Shown here piece by piece: positions 57,362 to 64,000 of a DNA stretch of 64,000 bases. Position numbers and translations under genes: made by a program. The stretch is from an uncultured Arcobacteraceae bacterium (GTDB lineage Bacteria; Campylobacterota; Campylobacteria; Campylobacterales; Arcobacteraceae): the NCBI GenBank assembly GCA_965603755.1, contig CBFDEF010000001.1:2052-66051 (forward strand). The letters run 5' to 3'. The notes beneath the pieces were generated by a model. It had not been told where the DNA came from. It worked only from the letters and a program-made list of their open reading frames with translations, and did no database searches. How positions within the stretch are numbered: the stretch's first letter is position 1; the number at the start of each line of letters is the position of its first letter.

Positions 57362-57441
57362 AGTCTTTAATTATTTTTATTTTAATAATAAGTTAATAAT
57401 ATTACTAATATAATTTTATAATTTATTAAAAAAGGTTAAAG

Positions 57442-59622
57442 ATGTTAAAAAATATGTTAATAGAGACAAAACTAAAACTAAATGCTGCAATTGTTGTATT
57501 TGGGCTTATAATTCTAGGTTTGTTATCATATACTTCAATTCATAAGTTGGTTGAAAAATACAATGTTTCAAATCAAATTACACAAAAAGTTAATAGTTAT
57601 AAATCAATATTCATTGGTGGACTACTCGTAAGCTCTGGTTCATTTTCATATGCATTTGACCCGATTAATGAAAAACCAATAAAGTCAGCAAAATTAGGAT
57701 TAAATAAAGTAATAAAATTTAATAAAAATTTAAAAAGCAATGAATTAGTATCTTTAGAACAGTTTAAAAATGTCTCTAGTAAAATATTAGACGAAGCTAT
57801 TGTAAATCAGTATATAGTTCCAGATGATGTAAAAAAACTAAAAAAATCTTGGCAACCTTTAAAAGTTGAAATTATGAGCACTCTAAATAAACTAAAAAAA
57901 CAACAAGTTGTGTTAGCAAAAGAGTTTAAAGAGGAGTTGACACACCTTTTTGTAAAGATTTTAATTGTTATTTTAATAATTACTGCATTTGTTATGGGTA
58001 TAAGCTTTTTAATATCAAAAGGTATTATCAAGTCATTAGGTATACTTGAAAACTCTATGAAAGATTTAGCAGATGGTAAAAATAGTAAAAATATTGATAT
58101 TATAAACAAAGATGAAACATCAATAATAGCTGAGTATTTTAATATATATATGGAAAATATGAAAAAAGGTATTGAGCAAGATACAAAAGTAATTTCAGAA
58201 GTAAAAAATGTTATTGAAAAAATAAACTCTGGTTTATTTAACACAATAGTACATGGTCATGCTTCATCGAAAGAGGTGGAAGAGTTAGTTCAAGAACTTA
58301 ACTATATGATAGAAACAACATCTTCAAATTTAAATGAATTAAATAAAATAGTTATAGCTTATGGAAATTCACAGTTTGATTATAAGGTAACTAAGCTAGA
58401 TGGTGTTACTGGACTTATAGCCTCTTTATTATTGGGGATAAGAGCTACAGGTAATACTGTATCAGAACTTTTAGCACTCATTGATAACTCTAATAAAAGA
58501 CTAATTTATGGTTCTAAAGACTTATCTAAATCATCGCAGAATTTAAGTCAATCATCAAATTCACAAGCAGCATCATTAGAGCAAACAGCGGCGGCAGTTG
58601 AAGAGGTAACAAGTACAATTGCAAATAGTACGCAAAATACTATAGAGATGAGTAATTATGCAAAAGAGGTAACCATATCAGTTGAAAATGGAAAAGATTT
58701 GGCAAATAAAACAGCTAACTCTATGGATGAAATAACAAAAGAGGTTAGCTTAATTAGTGATGCCATATCGATAATAGATCAAATAGCATTTCAAACAAAT
58801 ATATTATCTCTAAATGCAGCAGTAGAGGCAGCCACTGCAGGAGAAGCTGGAAAAGGATTTGCTGTAGTGGCACAAGAGGTAAGAAACTTGGCTTCTAGAA
58901 GTGCGGAAGCTGCAAATGATATAAAAGCCTTAGTTGAGTCAGCAAATATGAAAGCAATAGAGGGTAAAACAATTTCATCAGATATGATAAATGGATATTC
59001 TAAACTTAATGATAATATTGTAAATACTATGGAACTTATTGATAAAGTAACAGTTGCAAGTAAAGAGCAACAAGAAGCTATGATACAAATCAATGATGCG
59101 ATTTCTTTATTAGATCGAGCAACACAACAAAATGCACAAGAAGCTTCATCTATTAATCAGATGGCAGTTAATAATGAAGAGCTAGCAGCCAACTTACAAA
59201 TTGCTATAGATAGAACATCATTTAAAAAAGAGTGTAAAAAAAGGGTGTGTGATATAAACATGATATTTGATACTGCAAAATTAAAACTGAATCACTTAAC
59301 ATTTAAAGATGATGCTTTTAATAAGTCAGGTGATGGAGTTAAGTTTACAGTAAAAGATCACCACTCTTGTGCATTAGGGGATTGGATTGATAAACATGAA
59401 GGTGAAGAGTTTGCAAAAAGTGAATCATGGAAAAATCTAAAAGAGGCTCATGAAAATGTTCATACAATGACACAAAATGTTGTCAATCTACATGTTGATG
59501 GTTCTAATAATGATCAAATTTTTGCAGCTGCTAGTAAGGTAGAGGATAATATAGATATTGTATTTAATAAGTTAAATACAATTCGTGAAGTAAATTGTGA
59601 TAGTAGATTTAAAAATAGATAA
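57442..59622 (+). CDS. Transmembrane methyl-accepting chemotaxis protein with a C-terminal CZB (chemoreceptor zinc-binding) domain
   Basis: Two TM segments and the highly conserved signalling hairpin '[37 protein letters not shown]'. C-terminal 'HLTF-x21-CALGDW-x21-HENVH'. Confidence 0.9.
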   Translation: MLKNMLIETKLKLNAAIVVFGLIILGLLSYTSIHKLVEKYNVSNQITQKVNSYKSIFIGGLLVSSGSFSYAFDPINEKPIKSAKLGLNKVIKFNKNLKSNELVSLEQFKNVSSKILDEAIVNQYIVPDDVKKLKKSWQPLKVEIMSTLNKLKKQQVVLAKEFKEELTHLFVKILIVILIITAFVMGISFLISKGIIKSLGILENSMKDLADGKNSKNIDIINKDETSIIAEYFNIYMENMKKGIEQDTKVISEVKNVIEKINSGLFNTIVHGHASSKEVEELVQELNYMIETTSSNLNELNKIVIAYGNSQFDYKVTKLDGVTGLIASLLLGIRATGNTVSELLALIDNSNKRLIYGSKDLSKSSQNLSQSSNSQAASLEQTAAAVEEVTSTIANSTQNTIEMSNYAKEVTISVENGKDLANKTANSMDEITKEVSLISDAISIIDQIAFQTNILSLNAAVEAATAGEAGKGFAVVAQEVRNLASRSAEAANDIKALVESANMKAIEGKTISSDMINGYSKLNDNIVNTMELIDKVTVASKEQQEAMIQINDAISLLDRATQQNAQEASSINQMAVNNEELAANLQIAIDRTSFKKECKKRVCDINMIFDTAKLKLNHLTFKDDAFNKSGDGVKFTVKDHHSCALGDWIDKHEGEEFAKSESWKNLKEAHENVHTMTQNVVNLHVDGSNNDQIFAAASKVEDNIDIVFNKLNTIREVNCDSRFKNR

Positions 59623-59649
59623 AGCATTTTTAGTATAGAGATAAAAAAA

Positions 59650-59672
59650 GGGGACTTCAATATGAAGTCCCC
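59650..59672. terminator. Bidirectional terminator between the MCP gene (+) and rpsR (-)
   Basis: 9-bp GC-rich stem ggggacttc/gaagtcccc with a 5-nt loop, flanked by A7 and T5. Confidence 0.85.
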
Positions 59673-59705
59673 TTTTTACTTATATATTTCTATATAGTGA
59701 TAAAA

Positions 59706-59966
59706 CTATCTTCTTGCGTATGCAGAATCTGTTAAATCGTGAGTGTTAACGATATATGGTACAAGTGCCATATGTCTTGCTCTTTTAATTGATTGCTCAA
59801 CTTGCTCTTGGAATCTTTTAGATGTACCAGTAAGTCTTCTAGGCATAATTTTACCTCTTTCAGACATAGAGATTTTTAATAATTCTCCATTTTTGTAATC
59901 TATATTTTCTAATTTCATTGCACTATATTTACAATATTTTTTTGCGAATTTTCTTCTTTCAGCCAT
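59706..59966 (-). CDS. rpsR: 30S ribosomal protein S18
   Basis: 'KKYCKY', '[10 protein letters not shown]', '[12 protein letters not shown]'. Confidence 0.95.
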   Translation of the reverse strand: MAERRKFAKKYCKYSAMKLENIDYKNGELLKISMSERGKIMPRRLTGTSKRFQEQVEQSIKRARHMALVPYIVNTHDLTDSAYARR

Positions 59967-59993
59967 GATGTTTCCTTTTTATATTTCTATAGT

Positions 59994-60548
59994 CTAAAAC
60001 GGTATTTCGTCGTTATCTATATCAATTGTAGGTATGTTTTGCTCATATGTATTTTGAGCTGGTTTTTGTTGCATACCGCCATTCTGTGGTTGGTTATAAC
60101 TATTTTGTTGTGGTTGTTGGTTATATTGTTGTTGTGGTGCTTGATTATAAGCTGGTTGTTGTTGCTGTTGTTGCGGAGCATTATATCCCCCACCTTGAGC
60201 AGAACCACCAACTGAATCAGCTTTTGAATCTAAAAATTTAAAGTTCTCTACTCTTAAAGTATGTCTACTTCTTTTAGCTCCGCTAGCTTGGTCATTCCAT
60301 TGCTCTAAAATCAGTCTACCCTCAAGCATAACCTTAGAACCTTTTCGTACATACTGATTTAATACTTCACCTTGCTTACCAAATACTGAGAATTCAAGGA
60401 AACAAACTTCTTCTTTTTGTTCACCATTTTGCATCTTGTATTTATGACTTGTAGCTATCGCACCATTTGCAATAGCACTACCACTTGGAAGATATTTTAA
60501 TTCAATATCTCTTGTAAGGTTTCCTATCATTATCACTTTATTGTACAT
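59994..60548 (-). CDS. ssb: Single-stranded DNA-binding protein
   Basis: OB-fold 'MYNKVIMIGNLTRDIELKY', a Gln/Pro-rich linker and the acidic tip 'DIDNDEIPF'. Confidence 0.95.
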   Translation of the reverse strand: MYNKVIMIGNLTRDIELKYLPSGSAIANGAIATSHKYKMQNGEQKEEVCFLEFSVFGKQGEVLNQYVRKGSKVMLEGRLILEQWNDQASGAKRSRHTLRVENFKFLDSKADSVGGSAQGGGYNAPQQQQQQPAYNQAPQQQYNQQPQQNSYNQPQNGGMQQKPAQNTYEQNIPTIDIDNDEIPF

Positions 60549-60588
60549 AAAAAGTTCCTTTCATCAATATAACCTTTCGGCACTATAA

Positions 60589-60945
60589 TTATTTTGCAGC
60601 TCTTTTAGCAGCTTCTTCTGACATTGCTGTCCATTGTTTAATTTCTGTTTTACTTTCAGATTTGATGAATATAAATCTAATGATATCTTCATTTACTCTG
60701 TAATTTCTTTCAAGCTCTTTGATAGACTCTGATGGTGCAGTAAAGTAAATTACATAGTAGTAACCTCTTTTGTGCTTTTGAATTTCATAAGCTAATTGTC
60801 TTGTTCCCATATCGTCACAAGATACAACTTCTCCACCATTTTTTTCAATGTTAGATTTAACTAAAGCAATTTGTGCTTGAGTCTCTTCTTCTGTAAGTGT
60901 TGGTTTAACTATAAACATAGTTTCGTAATGTCTAATTCTAGCCAT
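60589..60945 (-). CDS. rpsF: 30S ribosomal protein S6
   Basis: Start reassigned to ATG 60945 (MARIRHYETMFIVKP...), preceded by AAAGGAGAA. The 21-aa N-terminal extension in the track has no S6 counterpart. Confidence 0.9.
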   Translation of the reverse strand: MARIRHYETMFIVKPTLTEEETQAQIALVKSNIEKNGGEVVSCDDMGTRQLAYEIQKHKRGYYYVIYFTAPSESIKELERNYRVNEDIIRFIFIKSESKTEIKQWTAMSEEAAKRAAK

Positions 60946-61042
60946 TTTGTTTTCTCCTTTTGGTTTTAAGCCGGTATATTGGAATATATCAGCAAGGTTA
61001 AGGGTCAAATACTTTCGTATAAGTCCACTTTGAACGGCGATT

Positions 61043-62023
61043 TTATCTTAAACTAGCTGAAAAGTTTCTAAATTGAGCTTGAGTATAACTATTTACATCT
61101 AAAGTATTCTTTGTTTTTAGCTCTAACTCAAGTGTTGAAAAGAAGTTAAACATATCTGAAAAATCTTCTGTTTTAAATCTCATAGCAATGGATGCTCTGG
61201 AATTTGCTATATTTTGAGGTAATTTGTATCCCCATATCTCAATAACATTTAATTGACCATACAATTTTAGATATGTATTTATATTAAAAAGTTGTTGTAT
61301 AAATGTTGATGTTTGATTGATAAGATTTATCTCATTCATCCCCTCTTCTAAAATCATATATAAGTCTCTATTTATACTTTTACCTGTAAAAAGTTTATTA
61401 AAAAATTCATCTATATTAACCGCGCCCATTCCAAAACATTGTGAATTTACAACATTTATACTTATTGGCTCATCTAAAATACTTAATTTATTTAAATCAT
61501 TTACACATAAACTTAAATCTTTTTGATGCATATTATATAGGTACTGCAACTCCCCAAAACCACATTGAAGCTCTCTTTTTTGAACCTCTTTACTTAAAAC
61601 TTGTAATGCTTCTTGATCAGATGGAGCAAAAAATCTAACCTCTACACTTGAAGTTTTTTTTGTAAAACTTTTTGCCATAGTTTTAAAATCAGTTTCACCA
61701 ATACAGCTAAAAACTACAAAACTATCTGGATTTGTGTTACAAATTGAGATAAGTTCATCAAGCTCTTTTTTTGGTATCTTTTTAGTTGTTTTAATCAATA
61801 AAACATTATTTGAAGCAAATAGTGATGATTGAGACAAGTAGTTTACACAATCTTTAAAATTGTACTCATCAAAATAGATTTTAAATATATCATCACCATT
61901 TGCTAACTTTTTTGATACTACATCACTGTAATCTTGAACTAAATAATCACTCTGTCCGTAAAACAGATAAGCATTGTAGGTAATATTTGAAGAAAATTCT
62001 TTATCGAATACATTTTTATACAT
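61043..62023 (-). CDS. holA: DNA polymerase III delta subunit
   Basis: 'AYLFYGQSDYL' N-terminus, ~326 aa, helical C-terminus. Position upstream of rpsF-ssb-rpsR. Confidence 0.75.
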   Translation of the reverse strand: MYKNVFDKEFSSNITYNAYLFYGQSDYLVQDYSDVVSKKLANGDDIFKIYFDEYNFKDCVNYLSQSSLFASNNVLLIKTTKKIPKKELDELISICNTNPDSFVVFSCIGETDFKTMAKSFTKKTSSVEVRFFAPSDQEALQVLSKEVQKRELQCGFGELQYLYNMHQKDLSLCVNDLNKLSILDEPISINVVNSQCFGMGAVNIDEFFNKLFTGKSINRDLYMILEEGMNEINLINQTSTFIQQLFNINTYLKLYGQLNVIEIWGYKLPQNIANSRASIAMRFKTEDFSDMFNFFSTLELELKTKNTLDVNSYTQAQFRNFSASLR

Positions 62024-62116
62024 GTTTGCATTATAACTATAATTTCTTTACTAACCATTTAAGAGTAAATCATATAATTTTTGGTTATACTTTTTTATAT
62101 AAAAAAGGAGTAACAA

Positions 62117-62806
62117 ATGAAAACAAACTTTACAAAAGCAGCCCTTATATTTAGTATAAGTGTTAGTACATTAATGGGAAATGGATTAAATCTTAAGAAG
62201 GAAGGTGTTTCTATATCATTTGAAGATGAAAATGGTGATAAAGCAACAACAGTAATCAAAAGAATACATAATGATAAATGTAAAAAAGTAAATGGTATGG
62301 ATCCTAATGTAATTTGGGGTGGAGATTATGCAAGAGCTGATGTTCCAGCAGATTGTAAAAAAACTTATGTAACAACAGTAGGTAAAATTTCACCTATTAA
62401 AATAGCAGATGGTATTGAAACTTATGGTGAACTAGAAGTTATAGAGTATATGAAAAAAGCACAAACAGATGAAAATTTACTTTTAGTTGATGCAAGAATG
62501 GCACAATGGTATGCTCAAAGAACAATCCCATCATCTATAAATATGCCTTTTAAAAGTTTTAACCCTAAAAATGCAGATTTTGAAATTGTTTTAGATACTT
62601 CAGGTGTTGAGTTTGAAGATGGTGTATATGACTTTTCTGGTGCTAAAACATTATTACTTTATTGTAATGGTACATGGTGTCCACAATCTGTATGGGCTAT
62701 TGAGAACCTTTTAAAAATTGGATACCCAAAAGATAAACTTCTATGGTATAGAGGTGGTATGAATAGTTGGACTAGTTTAAATCTTACTACTATAATTCCA
62801 CAATAA
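62117..62806 (+). CDS. Exported rhodanese-domain protein
   Basis: Signal peptide 'AALIFSISVSTLMG'. Rhodanese 'LLVDAR....Y....IPSSINMP' with an active-site loop 'YCNGTWCPQS'. Confidence 0.7.
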   Translation: MKTNFTKAALIFSISVSTLMGNGLNLKKEGVSISFEDENGDKATTVIKRIHNDKCKKVNGMDPNVIWGGDYARADVPADCKKTYVTTVGKISPIKIADGIETYGELEVIEYMKKAQTDENLLLVDARMAQWYAQRTIPSSINMPFKSFNPKNADFEIVLDTSGVEFEDGVYDFSGAKTLLLYCNGTWCPQSVWAIENLLKIGYPKDKLLWYRGGMNSWTSLNLTTIIPQ

Positions 62807-62819
62807 AAAAGGATATATT

Positions 62820-64000
62820 ATGCTTAGTAAGCTAATACTATTAGTTGTATTAATATCAGCAGTTAATGCTGATATTAAATACATTGATACAAAACAATTA
62901 GTTGAATTATTAAAGAAGAATCCAAACACTCAAATAATTGATGTAAGAACTAAAGCTGATATTTTAAAACAAGGTGGCTTTATAAAAGCAAATAGAGTTA
63001 TAAATATCCCTCGTGGTATTTTAGAGTTTAAAATTGAAGAAGAAGTAAAAAAAGATGAGCCTTTAGTGGTTCATTGTTTTACTGGGAATAGAAGTGGACT
63101 AGCTGCTAAAACACTAGAAACTTTAGGATATAAAAATATCTATTACTATAAAAATAGTTTCAAAGCTTGGAAAGAAGCAAAACTTCCTACAAGTTCTTTA
63201 GATAAATATCCAGAATCTATGTTGTACTCAAAAGTTCAAAAGGTTGGAGATGGTGTATATACATCTATAGGTCAAACTTCACCTGGAACATATGAAAACT
63301 CAAACCATAATAATAACCTTGGATTTGTAGTAGGTAATAAATCAGTTTTAGTATGGAATGCAGCTGGTAATTATCTCTTGGCTAAAGCTTTACACGAAGA
63401 GATAAAAAAAATCACAAATCTTCCAGTTAAATATGTGGTGATAGAAAACTCTCAAAGTCATGCAATGTTGGGTTCTAGTTATTGGAAAGAGCAAGGTGCA
63501 ATTATCGTATCTCAAGAGATTGCAAAAAAAGAGATTATTACAAAAGGTCAAAGTATTTTAGATAGAAAAGTAAGAACTTTAAAAGATAAAATGCTTGGAA
63601 CTAAAATTGTTATTCCTGATGTTACATTTACAGATAAAAAAGTATTTGATCTTGGTGGAAGAGTTGTTGAAGCTTTATACTTTGGATATGCACATGAGCA
63701 TAGTGATATATCTATCTGGTTACCAAAAGAGAAAATATTATTTGCGGGCGACCTAGCTTTTAATCAAAGAGTTTTACCAATATTTAAAATAACAGAAACA
63801 TTAAAATGGCTTGAATCTTGGGAAAAGTTAGCTGCATTAAATGCAAAAATAGTAATACCTGGGCACGGTGATGTTACAGATATGCCAACAGTAACAAAAT
63901 ACACTAAAGATTATATAGTATATTTAAGAACCCAAATTGCCAAAATTCTTGAAGATGACGGTGGACTAAATGAAGCATATGAGATTGATTTATCTGCATA
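62820..64000 (+). CDS. Exported rhodanese plus metallo-beta-lactamase-fold fusion protein, 3'-truncated by the window edge
   Basis: Hand translation: MLSKLILLVVLISAVNA signal peptide, rhodanese 'IIDVRT...VVHCFTGNRSG', then an MBL-like region 'YVVIENSQSHAM', 'GYAHEHSD', 'FAGDLAF', 'IPGHGD'. The frame is open to base 64000. Confidence 0.7.
   Translation, partial: MLSKLILLVVLISAVNADIKYIDTKQLVELLKKNPNTQIIDVRTKADILKQGGFIKANRVINIPRGILEFKIEEEVKKDEPLVVHCFTGNRSGLAAKTLETLGYKNIYYYKNSFKAWKEAKLPTSSLDKYPESMLYSKVQKVGDGVYTSIGQTSPGTYENSNHNNNLGFVVGNKSVLVWNAAGNYLLAKALHEEIKKITNLPVKYVVIENSQSHAMLGSSYWKEQGAIIVSQEIAKKEIITKGQSILDRKVRTLKDKMLGTKIVIPDVTFTDKKVFDLGGRVVEALYFGYAHEHSDISIWLPKEKILFAGDLAFNQRVLPIFKITETLKWLESWEKLAALNAKIVIPGHGDVTDMPTVTKYTKDYIVYLRTQIAKILEDDGGLNEAYEIDLSA

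Noticed and set aside
60040-60240. A CAA/CAG/CCA-rich, quasi-repetitive stretch with open frames on both strands.
   Set aside because: It encodes the Gln/Pro-rich disordered linker of SSB, between the OB fold and the acidic DDEIPF tip. This is normal for SSB and is not a repeat element or a separate gene.
60946-61008. A 21-aa N-terminal extension of rpsF (MTLNLADIFQYTGLKPKGENK).
   Set aside because: S6 proteins start at 'M(A)R.YE..F'. An AAAGGAGAA Shine-Dalgarno sequence sits directly upstream of the internal ATG at 60945.
1-64000. A search by eye for CRISPR arrays, tRNA/rRNA genes, transposases, integrases and prophage genes.
   Set aside because: None was found. There are no regularly spaced repeats, no GC-rich tRNA-like islands in the intergenic regions, and no ORF with recombinase or transposase motifs. 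A computational scan (tRNAscan, Infernal, a CRISPR finder) would be needed to exclude small RNAs.

Overview
This is an AT-rich chromosomal segment, roughly 28-30% GC by eye. Gene content and order look like Campylobacterota, most like the Arcobacter group: four-subunit porCDAB, yceD-rpmF-plsX-fabH, purA-DUF507-carA, holA-rpsF-ssb-rpsR, and several histidine kinases sharing an 'AHQW(K/R)QPL' H-box. I support about 63 protein genes, including rpmF, which is missing from the ORF track, and a 3'-truncated gene at the right edge. I saw no rRNA, tRNA, CRISPR array, transposase or integrase.

Most of the window is housekeeping: fatty-acid and phospholipid synthesis, NAD, proline, purine and pyrimidine genes, ribosomal proteins, radA, mnmG, era and PFOR.

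The non-core parts worth attention are:
1. 27.9-32.7 kb: a tightly coupled four-gene module with no assigned function (BRCT/LRV-repeat protein, MoxR-type AAA+ ATPase, embedded MATE exporter, DUF2201-type vWA protein with a degenerate peptidase motif).
2. 32.7-39.7 kb: a 1768-aa multi-domain sensor that fuses a PP2C phosphatase to an RsbW/SiaB-like GHKL domain, followed by an input-less histidine kinase.
3. 21.8-22.6 kb: a 775-bp zeta-toxin-like two-gene cassette, bracketed by a 27/28-nt direct repeat that duplicates the proC translation-initiation region.
4. An ACAD-fold gene interrupted by an in-frame TGA, with 60 further open in-frame codons.
5. A compact Cts/T2SS-like ATPase and platform module with two unassigned membrane proteins.
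6. A REC-PAS-coiled-coil regulator translationally coupled to a small HTH protein.

All family assignments come from motif recognition by eye. No searches were run.
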